64,000 nucleotides of DNA from Paraspadella gotoi (GCA_051294375.1 CM119268.1:20663266-20727265); one strand, 5' to 3'. Shown: positions 1 to 12,727, counted from the first letter of the stretch. A program made the numbers and translations. The notes: a model not told the origin generated them from the sequence alone.

Positions 1-28
1 GCCTGATAATTTGTGAAGGTGCCCGCCC

Positions 29-134
29 CACTATAAGAGCTTAGTAGGGTGGATGACGGAAAATATCACAAGGCCCTGCTTAGTAGGGTGGATGACGGAA
101 AATATCACAAGGCCCTGCTTCCGAGCCAGAACGA
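29..134. repeat. Dispersed copy of the ~70-bp unit that forms the array at 47.1-47.75 kb, with an internal 39-bp tandem duplication
   Basis: CACTATAAGAGCTTAGTAGGGTGGATGACGGAAAATATCACA...GAGCCAGAACGA matches 42305-42339 and 47127-47750. Flanked by CGCCC at 24-28 and 135-139. Confidence 0.85.
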
Positions 135-283
135 CGCCCTTTCTCTTCAGACCCCTTCTCTCGTCGTCATCCTCCAGTTTTTTTCGTCATCTGCTTTTGA
201 TTTTCCACTCAACACCCCACCCTACCCCCTCAACGCCCCCATTTAACTCTCCCCTTCCATCACTCCGCCACCCCAAACCGCAG

Positions 284-446
284 TGCCTCTTAAAAACGTG
301 AGCTGGAGTCTCGACGGATCTGTCTCCTTCAGCGCCTCTCACCAGTCCTTCCTCCAGTGGGCGTTCCCTCTCGTCGGCGGCGGCGTGGAACTCATCCTTC
401 ACGTCAACAGGAGCATGTTCCCGCATCCTCACGCCTCCTCCTCGAG
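284..446 (+). CDS. Internal exon A of a single-pass membrane glycoprotein (probable Ig-like domain); earlier exons lie upstream of the window
   Basis: C-rich tract then CCGCAG acceptor, AG|GTTCGT donor. Reads PLKNVSWSLDGSVSFSASHQSFLQWAFPLVGGGVELILHVNRSMFPHPHASSS, with an Ig C-strand-like W and sequons NVS and NRS. Phase 2 end matches exon 3407. Confidence 0.7.
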
Positions 447-941
447 GTTCGTGATTGTGAAGAATGAGTCTTGAAGTTGTGATAGGAATGAAATCACCTT
501 CAGAAATTTCAAAAAGACCTACTTTTTTCAAAAATTTGGATTTGTATTATATTTAATTATTAATACCTTTACAGCTTTACTCCATATTTAACAATGTAAT
601 GGGGAGAGTGAGGTTAGTCTTTTGGTAATTGAGCGAGCATCTACACTACATAAGGTTAAAAATTACTTACTGCCCTCGTTTTTTAATTGGATATTAAACA
701 TCATCATTTATTTAAAGTCATTTATTAAAATTTTAAAATGCGACAAAAATAGATAAGAAAATTTTTAAATTAATTAGGATTGCAGAAAATGTTTAAGATT
801 TTCTCGCTGGCGAGACGTACGTTTCTCGTTTCACCCGAACCGAAAGGTTTCAACTTGAGTCGCCGTAGGAATTAAGAACAAAGTCGTTTTATCCAATATT
901 TAATCGTTTATTTCAATTTTTTTATTTTTTATTTATTACAA

Positions 942-1050
942 ATTAATCTTGCTTAATCTCTCATTAATCTTGCTTAACCTCTCATTAATATTGCTTAATC
1001 TCTCATTAATCTTGCTTAATCTCTCATTAATCTTGCTTAATCTCTCATTA
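942..1050. repeat. 21-bp minisatellite, ~5 copies (ATTAATCTTGCTTAATCTCTC)
   Basis: Tandem copies read directly. Confidence 0.9.
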
Positions 1051-1143
1051 AACTCACGTATATCGAGACATGAGACGAAGCGCGCGAAAATATAGGCCGA
1101 ACATAAAACTGGTCACAGATAAAATTGACTGTACGCCCTCAAA

Positions 1144-1258
1144 CGAGGTGAAACATCTTTAACACCCCCCGGGTGAATGGGGTAAAAACATTACTGACTA
1201 AAAATGCAAAGATGTTTTGCTAAATTAACCCAGGGGGTGTTAAAGATGTTTCACCTCG
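1144..1258. mobile_element. 115-bp MITE, Tc1/mariner-like
   Basis: Perfect ~26-bp terminal inverted repeats CGAGGTGAAACATCTTTAACACCCCC / GGGGGTGTTAAAGATGTTTCACCTCG. TA on the right flank, AA on the left. No coding capacity. Confidence 0.7.
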
Positions 1259-1838
1259 TACCTTTCGGACGGGCGACGCCTCGAACGCGCGACCCAGGAA
1301 GCATAGAAAATAGTCAAACATTTTCTGCAGTAACAAAGATTACTAAAATAATTTTTACAAAAGTTTAATTTAGATGTTAACAACTCACTTTTTTTTTTAG
1401 CAGATATGCATTCTTGGTAAAAACAGAGAATCGCAGGCAATCGGTTGAAAGCTGTGGGATAAATTGAAAGCTAAAAAATGTTCAACGTTGTCGTTGTTGT
1501 GCTTGTTGTTGTTTTTGTTTTCTTTCGTCGCCTCCTTTGACTTTTCGGTTTTGTTTTGTTTCGGAATCGATGTCCCTTCCAAAGGCGTCGAAAGAGATTC
1601 GTCGTTGTTGTTGTTGTTGCTTCTGTTGTCGTCGTTGTCGTCGTCATTGTCGTCGTTGAAGTCATCGTCGAGGCGTGAGAAACGGAAGTGGCNNNNNNNN
1701 NNNNNNNNNNNNNNNNNNNNNNNNNNNNNNNNNNNNNNNNNNNNNNNNNNNNNNNNNNNNNNNNNNNNNNNNNNNNNNNNNNNNNNNNNNNNNNNNNNNN
1801 NNNNNNNNNNNNNNNNNNNNNNNNNNNNNNNNNNNNNN

Positions 1839-1876
<38 letters not shown>

Positions 1877-2251
1877 GTGTCAAAGTCAGATGGAGACCTA
1901 AGGAATGGAGAGTGATCAAAAAGTGGAAAGTTGAAAGATAAAATTAAAGTAGGAAAATGGGAAGTAAAAAGTAAAAGTTGGAAAGTGGAAAGAAGAAAGT
2001 AAAAGTTGGAAAGTGGAAAATAGAAAGTAAAAGTTGGAATTTGAAAATTCACAAAAAGTCAAGGATTTTCGAGAAAAAAAATATTAAATAGAAATAGAAA
2101 AGTATCGCCCTCGCTCCTATAATCTATCAAGTACTTAAGTATTATTATTTTCTTATTCAATGATTTAATTTAATGATGATTTATATTAACAACGAGGTGA
2201 CAGTTCAACGTTCTACTCAATGGACCTGATTGGAACAGTGAAAACTCTCTC

Positions 2252-2372
<121 letters not shown>

Positions 2373-2702
2373 GCTGGGGTGGGAGGAGGTGAGGTGTGGT
2401 CCGAGGTTATCGCCCTCAGAGGGTAAGGTCGCTTTTATTTTCCTTTCAATTTGAAGATTCGCGTCGAAGTCAGTTCGGGTGAGTTGACTTGGGTGAGTTG
2501 ATCTGGGGCAGTAGATTTGGGTGAGTTTACTTTGGGGAAGTAGATTTGGGTGAGTCGATTTAGAATTTAGAATTTAGAAAATTAATCTATTAAAAGATAT
2601 GAAATATAAGATAAGATTTGAACTTAATTGCCGAATTCACTGTNNNNNNNNNNNNNNNNNNNNNNNNNAATTTACTGATTCTCTCTCTCTTCTCTCCTCT
2701 CT

Positions 2703-2762
<60 letters not shown>

Positions 2763-2832
2763 CTCTCTCTCTCTCTCTTCTCTCTTCTCTCTCTTCTCTC
2801 TAACATGGGGAGAAATTCCTCTCGTATAGTTT

Positions 2833-3330
2833 CCCCCTTTTTTTTGTCTCTCACAAACTTTCATTAGCGTCTTTTCTCTTTTTCCTTCCGCCACGCAGAA
2901 AAACTTCCTCCTCTTCTTCTTCTTCCTCTCCTCTTCCGCTCCTCCTCCTCCTCCTCCTCATCCCTGGAACCCACTTAGGTGGGGTCATCAAGCGCGACCA
3001 ACGAATCGGGCCACGCCCACAAGAATATCACTTTCGAGTGGCCGCCAGGAGGCGCACAGATTTCGCACAGACGTCATGATCACTGGTAAATGCGGTGGAA
3101 AAGTGAGAAGTAGATATGGGATGGGGGCGGACGTTGTTTGTTGTTGTTGCATTTACTGTTCATGTTGTTGTTGTGGAAGTTGTAACCCAGATACACAGAT
3201 GGTTGTTAATAGGTTTCAAGTTTTTGCGTCATTCGTGAAATATATCGTTTTACTTATAATAATAAAAAGTTAACATTAAACGATTGGAATCAATAAGTTT
3301 TGAAGGCACGATTATATCATTGTTAGTTTT
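2833..3330 (+). pseudogene. Indel-rich tandem copy of exon B and its flanks (exon copy at 2899-3085); either a decayed duplicate or uncorrected read sequence
   Basis: Near-identical to 3343-3837 but with many 1-bp indels that break the frame. Lies just after a 25-N gap (2644-2668). Confidence 0.6.
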
Positions 3331-3406
3331 AGATCTCTCCTCCCCCCTTTTTTTGTCTCTCACAAACTTTCATTAGCGTCTTTTCTCTTTTCCTTCCGCC
3401 ACGCAG

Positions 3407-3591
3407 AAAAACTTCCTCCTCTTCTTCTTCTTCCTCCTCCTCTTCCGCCTCCTCCTCCTCCTCCTCCTCATCCCTGGACACCCACTTGGTGGTCATCAAC
3501 GCGACCAACGAATCGGGCCACGCCCACAAGAATATCACTTTCGAGTGGCCGCCAGGAGGCGACAGATTTCGCCAGAACGTCATGATCACTG
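3407..3591 (+). CDS. Internal exon B of the membrane glycoprotein (poly-Ser linker plus end of an Ig-like domain)
   Basis: CCACGCAG acceptor, G|GTAAAT donor, 185 nt, phase 2 to phase 1. Reads (R)KT-polySer-LDTHLVVINATNESGHAHKNITFEWPPGGDRFRQNVMIT(G). ATNxxG resembles an Ig F-G strand motif. Sequons NAT, NES, NIT. Confidence 0.75.
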
Positions 3592-4165
3592 GTAAATGCG
3601 GTGGAAAAGTGAGAGTAGAATGGGATGGGGGGCGGACGTTGTTGTTGTTGTTGCATTTACTGTTCATGTTGTTGTTGTGAAAGTTGTAACCCAGATACAC
3701 AGATGGTTGTTAATAGTTTCAAGTTGTTGCGTCATTCGTGAAATATATCGTTTTACTTATATATAACTAAAAAGTTAACATTAAACGATTGGAATCAATA
3801 AGTTTTGAAAGGCACGATATATCTAGTTGTTAGTTTATTTTTGTATTTTCATTCGATTTTTCATAACAGAATTTAAAATGTTTAATTTAATAATTAAAAT
3901 ATGTCTACCTCGCAAATGTAATAAATCAAGCTTAACAGAATAAAACAAAACTAAACAAACAAAAAAACTATGAAGATTGAACATTGAATAATTTATAAAT
4001 CAATTAATTTGTAAATTATCAAACATTAATTTACTATAAAACAAATCATCGTTTCTAAATTCGTCGATGCCTCATTTCCTTCCTGAATTCTTGTTGTTGT
4101 TGTTGTTGTTGTCGTATTTTTGGAAATGAATGTTTTGTTTGTTAACCTCGTGTGACTTTCAGGGT

Positions 4166-4211
<46 letters not shown>

Positions 4212-4552
4212 TTGAGCGAGAGAGAGAGAGAGAGAGAGAGAGTCAGTAGCCTTTTGTGCGATAATAAACGAACCAGACTAGAAATGGGGAACAAGGTAGA
4301 GCAAGAGAATGCAAAAATTTCGCGGTGTCAAAGTCAAAGCGACAGAAGAGAAAATGATGCGTTCATGAGGCAAAGACTTTGTTGCTGCTCCCATGATGCA
4401 ATAACGAGTCTATGATGTGAAAATATTTTTAAATACCATTTTTAAACTTAAAATAAGAATAATTGCTTACTCATTCTCAGTATCAAAAATGTAAAGCCGT
4501 AAATTTTAATTTAAAAGCATTGTATTAATCCTTTCTTTTGTTGTTTGTTGAG

Positions 4553-4722
4553 ATTAATTAAAAACGAAAATTTTCGTGGAACAACAATAAAGTTTTTTAT
4601 TAACTTTGGACATGTTTCGGCTTACAAAATGCTGATGAAGGCTTGAGTTGTAAGCCGAAACATGTCCAAAGTTAATAAAAAACTTTATTGTTGTTCCACG
4701 AAAATTTTCGTTTTTAATTAAT
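4553..4722. mobile_element. Penelope-like retroelement remnant: perfect 75-bp inverted repeat around a 20-nt spacer
   Basis: Arm 4553-4627 is the exact reverse complement of 4648-4722. The spacer and right arm carry a hammerhead core. Confidence 0.65.
4631..4667 (+). ncRNA. Minimal (Penelope-type) hammerhead ribozyme motif, helix I truncated
   Basis: CTGATGA-A-GGCTT(GAGTTGT)AAGCC-GAAA-CATG-TC: conserved CUGAUGA and GAAA boxes, 5-bp helix II, palindromic ACATGT helix III, GUC cleavage triplet. Confidence 0.65.
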
Positions 4723-5056
4723 TTAAAAGCATAAAATTAAAAACGACAAAAACCAAAAGCCACTCTACTCTCCATGTCATCGGCAGAATATGCAAGACCT
4801 TTCCAATGATCTTTGCGCCAACAACATTGCAACTCAGAGGGGGACGCGACAGGAAACTCAGTGTCTCGCCAGGGTGCTCTCTTTCCTAGCGTCGGCGTCA
4901 GAAAAAAAGCAAAGGAAAGTCGGAAAAAAAGCAAAAAAAAAAGCGTAGAAAAGCAGATGTGAAAAAAAAACCGATAAGAAGAAGAAAAAAAATGTTTTTT
5001 TAGGGTCGAGTTTCTATTGAAATCCTTTGAAGTCGAACGAAACGAGAGATCCTGAT

Positions 5057-5200
5057 TTATTTTTCAAGGTATTTCGGTTGATTTATTCTCTCTCTCTTCT
5101 TCTCTTCTTCCTTCTCTCTGTTCTCCTTCTCGTATCGTCTCTGTAGTTCATTCATTAATAGATCATTCGCAGCGGGAAAAGGCGCCCCTGGCCCGAAAGA
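5057..5200 (-). CDS. Candidate terminal exon of an antisense gene inside intron B-C of the + strand gene
   Basis: TTTATTTCCAG acceptor, phase 0. Reads SFGPGAPFPAANDLLMNELQRRYEKENREKEEEKKRERINQPKYLEK*. No family recognised. Confidence 0.3.
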   Translation of the reverse strand, partial: SFGPGAPFPAANDLLMNELQRRYEKENREKEEEKKRERINQPKYLEK

Positions 5201-7249
5201 CTGGAAATAAATGTAGGAAATGAACATATGTCGACACCAGTACCCTCTCATTCTCACTCTTCTCTCTCTCTCTCTCTCTCTGTCTTTCACTAGTGAAAAA
5301 AAAACACCTACTAGAGACAAGGGATAGAGAGACAGAGTGAGGCTCTACAGAGTGAGGCTCTTTAGGGCCGGTGATATCTTTCTCATTAATTTCGTTTCGT
5401 TTCGTTTTTCTGTTTTCGTTCTTTCGCTCGATTGAGTTCAGATCTGAATGAGAAGAAGCAAACGCGTCGAGGCTAATTAATAATAATAATATTGAGTAAT
5501 TATAACCAAGGTTTAAATTTGTCAATTGGCATGAACTTGTCAAAGAATAAAAACGGTTACTCGAAAAATTTGTAAATTAAAAAAAAAGATATCAATCAGA
5601 ATTTATCGTTGAAATTAATTAATATTTTGACTTTTAAACTTCGTGATCCAAAAAAATATTTTTTTAATATTTTTTAAATATTTTTTAAATTCATTCATTC
5701 CATTCTATTTACGATTTATTTGCATATTCATATTCTACAGAAGATATACCAGAGACATACGACTTAGAAAATAGCCCTTATGTTGCAAATAACTTTTTGT
5801 TTTATTATAGTCCGCTGAAATAAACAGCATCTTTAAGCAGACAGGAAAAGAACTTTTCCAGCCTGTGATGTCAAAGCGAAAAAGAGAGAAGGAGCGAGGA
5901 AACGCCCAAAAAAAATGGCGGCAAAAGCGACGAATAATCTGAAAAGGATTAAAACTAAAAGTAAACTATTTTGTGAAAAGGAAAGACCGATCGAGGGACA
6001 GACGGACGGACCGACCGAGGGACAGACGGACGGACCGACCGACGGAACGACTGAAGGAAGAGACTCATTTGTGATTCATATTTTTGGGTTCAGTTTTGAG
6101 TTCACGACTTTTGAGTTCGTAACTGTTCACTCTTTTGAGACTTTTTACAGCGTCGTCTGCCTTGACTNNNNNNNNNNNNNNNNNNNNNNNNNNNNNNNNN
6201 NNNNNNNNNNNNNNNNNNNNNNNNNNNNNNNNNNNNNNNNNNNNNNNNNNNNNNNNNNNNNNNNNNNNNNNNNNNNNNNNNNNNNNNNNNNNNNNNNNNN
6301 NNNNNNNNNNNNNNNNNNNNNNNNNNNNNNNNNNNNNNNNNNNNNNGATAGAGGAAAACAATAATAAGAAAAATTAAAAAAGTAATAACAAAAGTAATAA
6401 CAAAATCACAAAAAATACAGAGAACATTAAATGAATGAATGAATGAAATAATTAATATAAAAGGAAATAAGAGAGAGAAAATTAAGGAAAAAAAATAAAA
6501 GAGGAGATCTACTGGACAATAATAGATATAGTGACGAAAGTAAACTACAGAGAGAGAGAGAGAGAGANNNNNNNNNNNNNNNNNNNNNNNNNNNNNNNNN
6601 NNNNNNNNNNNNNNNNNNNNNNNNNNNNNNNNNNNNNNNNNNNNNNNNNNNNNNNNNNNNNNNNNNNNNNNNNNNNNNNNNNAGAGAGAGAGAGAGAGAG
6701 AGAGAGAGCTAAGAAAATGTCATGCAAATCGATTCACAGGAAGATTCGGTCGAATGCGACGCGACAAGAAAAAAGGAAAAAAAGAAAAAAGGAAAAAAAG
6801 AAATTGTCAACAAACAAGATGGCGACGTGAATGAAACGAGATCTTTTCTCTTTATTCATTTTTTTCTCTTTTTTTCTTTTTTTATTGATTCGTACCTTTT
6901 AATGGTCTCTCTTTATTCTGACTTAACGGTTAATGAAGGGCTAACTTGTATTAGGATCCTCGGTTTCTTTATTATTCTTTGATCACTTGAAGTTATTCTT
7001 AGAACCAAAACATAAAAACCAACAATAGTCAAATCGCAGACAACCCATTTTTTCTCATAGTCCACTACCCTCACTCCACATTCAAACGAGTCCCATAGTT
7101 TTGCTCCACATCCAAACTAGTGCCATACTTCCGCCCCACATTTAAACGAGATTCTTAAGACTTCCTCTCATCAACAAAATTCCTCCCACGATTCTTGCTT
7201 TTCTTCCTTTCGCCTTTCGAAACCTTTTCTCACCACATTAAACGACATT

Positions 7250-7385
7250 CAACTACATCCGACCACATTTCATCAAATCAAACTACATTTAACCACATCC
7301 GACCACATTTCATCAAATCAAACTACATTTAACCACATCCGACCACATTTCATCAAATCAAACTACATTTAACCACATATAACCA
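7250..7385. repeat. 40-bp minisatellite, ~3 copies
   Basis: GACCACATTTCATCAAATCAAACTACATTTAACCACATCC repeated in tandem. Confidence 0.9.
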
Positions 7386-7577
7386 CTTTCCAGCCACTAG
7401 CAACTCCTTTAAAATTAACCCAAAATTTCCTCACTTCCTTTTGTTCCTCATCCTTACATCCTCTCCACCAACTAAACCACTCATAATTCCACTTACCCCC
7501 CTTGCCCATTTCCCCCCCCGCCCACCTCTCCACCACCCCATCCCCCCCTCCTTTTTCCTCCCTCCCCCATCCTTCAG

Positions 7578-7769
7578 GCGACGGGCGACTTCTCAACCTC
7601 TGTCAACAAAACTTTCACACTTCGTCGTCGTCGTCGTCGTCGTCTTTTTGGCGTCAGGCGGGGCGCCTGGAGGTGCTGTTCGGCGTCATCGTCATCGCCT
7701 GCACCTGTCTCTTTGTCGTCATGCTCGTCGCCGTTTTGCACCGGAGGGGATTCGTCTGCGCCGCCGCGG
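7578..7769 (+). CDS. Exon C: transmembrane segment of the membrane glycoprotein
   Basis: CCTTCAG acceptor, G|GTGAGT donor, phase 1 to phase 1. Reads DGRLLNLCQQNFHT-polySer-FWRQAGRLE-VLFGVIVIACTCLFVVMLVAVL-HRRGFVCAAA, a 22-residue hydrophobic helix followed by basic stop-transfer residues. Confidence 0.8.
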
Positions 7770-7937
7770 GTGAGTCACTTTAGGGGGGGGGGAGCTCGTT
7801 TGGTTGTTGTTGTTGTTGTTCGTTTTTCCTCGTTTTTCTTTCGCGAAGTTTGAAGAAACAATTTGGATTATTATTCTTTGTAAATTATAAAATTGGTAGC
7901 AATTTTGAAAATTATCCTTTCTTTCTATAAAGAACCC

Positions 7938-8040
7938 ATCTGGCCAATTAATATGTTAGGTTGAGGCCTACATCCCTCTTACGAGATATTTACATTGCAA
8001 AACCCTGCCAGCTTTAAATCAAGACTCTCTCACAGTCTAC
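7938..8040 (-). mobile_element. Fragment of the dispersed repeat at 23.8-24.1 kb (decayed Penelope-like endonuclease 3' region)
   Basis: Reverse complement AGACTGTGAGAGAGTCTTGATTTAAAGCTGGCAGGG...GTAAGAGGGATGTAGGCCTCAACC aligns by eye with 23955-24035. Confidence 0.55.
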
Positions 8041-8201
8041 CTTAAATCTCTTACTCCTTTAACTGATTAGGTTTTTACCTTTTTTCTTATTTTTATTTTT
8101 ATTCGAATTTTTTATTATTATTATTATTTTATTATTTTTTCTTGTCAAATTCCATCTCTTCTTTTCCTTCCACTCATCCCCCACCCCCCCCACTCCACCA
8201 G

Positions 8202-8503
8202 CCAAACCTCGCGGCGCCACCCACCCAAACCTCTGGCACTTCAAAGAGGCGCCGGGTGGCGCCGGTTCCATCGTCGGCGTCGCGGCGTCGGGCAACAACG
8301 TTAGCCACTTTTACGATTCGCTCGAGGTGAGTTTGGAGCTGGAGAAGCCGTTTGATAGAGTGACCGGTGCTGGAGTGAATGCGATTAGATTTAAGGCGGC
8401 TGGTGTGGACGAGCCCCGAGTTGCAGCGGCTGGAATGGCCGAGGCTGCTGGGGCTGCTGGGGCTGATTCCGTCGCGACCTTTCCTCGTTTTCTTCGCCGT
8501 TGA
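8202..8503 (+). CDS. Exon D: cytoplasmic tail of the membrane glycoprotein (terminal if the donor at 8327 is read through)
   Basis: CTCCACCAG acceptor, phase 1. Open for 99 codons, KPRGATHPNLWHFKEAPGGAGSIVGVAASGNNVSHFYDSLEVSLELEKPFDRV...ATFPRFLRR*. Internal GAG|GTGAGT at 8326/8327. Confidence 0.7.
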
Positions 8504-8525
8504 TGGGATTGAATTTGTTGTCGTT

Positions 8526-8568
<43 letters not shown>

Positions 8569-8839
8569 ATGCCATTGTTGTCGTTTTTTTCCTTTCGTTA
8601 ATCAAGCGCCATCTTGCGGTCAATCTTTTTTTAGTCTTCCTCGTTATCGTCGCCTTTTAAAAGAAATTAGCGATTTTCACGAACGCGTCATTTTAATCAC
8701 ACACGCAGGCACGCAGGTCTGACACGCAGCCACGCAGGCACGCAGGCACGCAGGCACGCAGCCACTCAGACACGCAGGCACGCAGCCAAGCAAGAAGTGC
8801 CGCGAGTCGTCCAAATCGTCGATTCCACCTCCTTAACAG

Positions 8840-8946
<107 letters not shown>

Positions 8947-9637
8947 ACTCTCACACTTGTCCGTGATATGTAAGCGGAAATTGAGCTCGAAGGTGAGAAT
9001 CTCACGACCTTGAATATGAAAGAAAAAGTCGCTTCTCAGTGAAGAAAAAATCTCGGGTGATTTTTCGGGTCAATTTCACTTTTTTTTTCTTTTTTTCTTT
9101 TTTTCTCGCGTGGGTTCGCGTTTTGTCTAAAGGTCAAACGGATAACAGCAAAACTGTAGTTTATAGTGAAGATTTAATTCTGAGTCTGTACATTATTATT
9201 AAGCCTATAACGAGCGATGGAACGTGAGTTCAACTCTTACATTGACGTCAATCGATCTCCCGAGTTCATTCACTGTATTCCAATCACATCCGGGACTTTG
9301 AGGCTCAAATCCTTACAGTCTTGTGTTTTGAGCAATNNNNNNNNNNNNNNNNNNNNNNNNNNNNNNNNNNNNNNNNNNNNNNNNNNNNNNNNNNNNNNNN
9401 NNNNNNNNNNNNNNNNNNNNNNNNNNNNNNNNNNNNNNNNNNNNNNNNNNNNNNNNNNNNNNNNNNNNNNNNNNNNNNNNNNNNNNNNNNNNNNNNNNNN
9501 NNNNNNNNNNNNNNNNNNNNNNNNNNNNNNNNNGTTTTAGAGAGAGATTAACTGAGAGAGAAAAAGAATAATCGAAATATTGATTTGTGTTTTCAATCAA
9601 ACGAAAGAAAAAAGGGAAACCCTGGTGTGATGACGAC

Positions 9638-9673
<36 letters not shown>

Positions 9674-9769
9674 AGTCGCGACGGAACACGTTCGATTTCT
9701 ATCGTCGCCCATTGTTGTGGCGCGGTAAACGCAGAGGAAGAATGAGAGGAAGAGAGAGACAGAGTTGAA

Positions 9770-9822
<53 letters not shown>

Positions 9823-10401
9823 GAGTGAGAGGAAGAGAGAGACAGAGTTGAAAGAGAGACTGAGGAGAAAATAGTTAAACAGAGATAGAACGGAGGGAAA
9901 TGGAGGGAGATAACGAGACGAAAGAAGAAAGAAAGGATAAAAATAGATTAATAGTTATTGATCAATTTTATAAACATTATAGAAATATATGTAGAGATAT
10001 AAAAAAAACATTTTTTTATCAATACATAACGCACTTTAAAATTGCAAGATAAAAAAGTTCTGCGATTTGCTGCGAATGACGCGCAGAAAACCGGGATTTT
10101 GACAAATGTGTTTATTGTATTTTCCCTTAAGATTTTTTCGCGATGAAAAAAAAAGTTTTTATTATTGTCTCTCTGGTCATTTGAACTGACGGAGAAACGA
10201 GAGAAAAGGGGAAAATAAAAAGGATGATAAAACAGAAAATAAAATGAAGATTTCTATTTTCTTTTTCTTTTTTTTTGAAAATAGATTAAGATGCGGAAGG
10301 AAGGAAAGTGGAAGAGATGAAGAGAGAAGGTGAAAGAAAAAATAAAAAGGGAAATAAAACGAGACACGAGGGGAAATAAAAATTGAGACGGAATTCTTGT
10401 C

Positions 10402-10436
<35 letters not shown>

Positions 10437-11537
10437 TCGTTTTCGTCGACGAACCAAATTCAAACGACTTTTGATCCCAAGAAAAAAAAAGGAAAAATAA
10501 TACGAAAGAGGAAACAAAAAGAAAACAAAAAACAAACAATGAAAAAAAAAGAAAAAAAAAGGAAAAGAAGAAGCTTAAATAAAAAAAGAAGGAAACGAGA
10601 AATATAAAAAAGAACAAAAAAAGAAAAAAGAACAAAAAAAGAAAAAAGAACAAAAAAGAAAAAAAAGAAAAAAAAAGAAAAAAAGAACAAAAGAAGAAAA
10701 AAAGAAAAATCATCTTCCAGCGACGACGAATGAGAATCGAGGGCGCGACGAAACGAGGCCCAATGTACGAGTGGAAATAAAAGGGGGAAATAAAACTCAA
10801 ATTGGGGCTTCCCTCCTCCCCCTNNNNNNNNNNNNNNNNNNNNNNNNNNNNNNNNNNNNNNNNNNNNNNNNNNNNNNNNNNNNNNNNNNNNNNNNNNNNN
10901 NNNNNNNNNNNNNNNNNNNNNNNNNNNNNNNNNNNNNNNNNNNNNNNNNNNNNNNNNNNNNNNNNNNNNNNNNNNNNNNNNNNNNNNNNNNNNNNNNNNN
11001 NNNNNNNNNNNNNNNNNNNNNNNNNNNNNNNNNNNNNNNNNNNNNNNNNNNNNNNNNNNNNNNNNNNNNNNNNNNNNNNNNNNNNNNNNNNNNNNNNNNN
11101 NNNNNNNNNNNNNNNNNNNNNNNNNNNNNNNNNNNNNNNNNNNNNNNNNNNNNNNNNNNNNNNNNTTTTCACAAAAAAAAAATTGAATGGAGACGAACAA
11201 AGTTTAGTCGGCTAAGAAATTAGATGTTTATTCTTTTGTATAAATTAAATAAAACTATAAAGGAGAGAAAATCGAAACATTTTTTTGTGGTGAATGTGAA
11301 TTTTTAAAGAAATTGAGGTAAAAAACGGCATCTGTGATAGTACAAAAAGTAAAATGGCAAAATATAAAGAAAAAAAAAAAGATAATGTTAAAGTTTCGGC
11401 TCAGAAACGCAGAAGCGGAAAAACAATGTTAGAATGTGGAAACCAATTCTGCTAAATGGAAACTTCTAGAAGAAATATGACTATTTATTGTAATTGTTCA
11501 CCTTCTGTAGCCCTTACTTTTTAAAGGAGAGAGGGAA

Positions 11538-11579
<42 letters not shown>

Positions 11580-11725
11580 TAACTCGAGTTCCGAGTCCAC
11601 ATTATTATGAGGGTCTTACCCTCGTTTCTCACTCCTTTCATTCCTCCTCCTCGTCATTCATCCTCCTCCTCCTCCTCCTCCCCCCCTCCTCAACACCCCA
11701 CCGCCCCCCCACCCTCTTCCGTTAC

Positions 11726-11745
11726 CTGGCGACCATAAAAGGCAC
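11726..11745 (-). CDS. Candidate 20-nt micro-exon, (G)AFYGRQ
   Basis: Minus strand reads ccccaattcgccgccag|GTGCCTTTTATGGTCGCCAG|gtaacg, followed by a G-rich intron start like the supported + strand exons. Confidence 0.35.
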
Positions 11746-12111
11746 CTGGCGGCGAATTGGGGTCAGGGGAAAGTCTCGATTTTCTCGACGGAAGGAAACG
11801 AAGAGACGCTAGTTGCGTCCGAGTGACTTTTTTGAATATTTTGACGAAAGTGTGAAACAAATGCATAAGCGATTTGTTTTTAATCATTTATATATATCGT
11901 ATGAACTGAAATAACTAATCACTGCGTTGAGTTACTGATCATGTGAGCGTATTTCTTTGTATTTCTTACCGACAGACCAAAAAATTACTAAAAGAGTTGC
12001 TCTAAAAAAGTGTTCAGAGAGTGGCAAGGAAGGTGGAAAGGAGGAAGAAGATGGTGGTTTGAGGTGAGAAGGAGATGGTGGTTTGAGGTGGGAGTAATTT
12101 CATGGAAACGT

Positions 12112-12223
12112 GTAAGAGTGATGGAGGCCTTAAACCACCAAAGCCTGTCCAAGGTCAGGGGTAAGATAGCTTATTTATGAAATGAATGAATAATTTTTAT
12201 ATTGGTTGTACCAATTTCATAAG
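12112..12223 (+). repeat. Dispersed repeat fragment shared with 24011-24100 and ~48200-48285
   Basis: GTAAGAGTGATGGAGGCCTTAAACCACCAAAGCCTGTCCAA and TATATTGGTTGTACCAATTTCATAAGA are identical to the 24.0-24.1 kb copy. Confidence 0.75.
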
Positions 12224-12503
12224 AAAGATAGAACTCAACTGATGCCGAATTTAAAGAGAGAAAAAGGATAAAATGAGACGTGCGTTAATGTAACCACAAG
12301 TCAGACTCCATTGGCGATCAAAATCCCAGGTGTAGTTGGCATGAGCCTGGCATTAGCATGGCATGAGCCTGTCATTCAGCATGTTAACAGCCTCTCATCA
12401 ATCTGGCATCAGCCTGTCATCAGCCTGTTATCCGCATGGCGTCAGCCTATTTTTTCTCTCGAATCATCAAGTAACGAAATTTAATCATGATTGACGGCGC
12501 GTG

Positions 12504-12569
<66 letters not shown>

Positions 12570-12640
12570 CTTCCTCTCTCTCTCTCCCTCTTCCTATCTC
12601 TCTCTCTCTCTATCTCTCTCTCTCTCTATCTCTTTCTCTC

Positions 12641-12714
<74 letters not shown>

Positions 12715-12727
12715 CTCTCTGTCTCTT

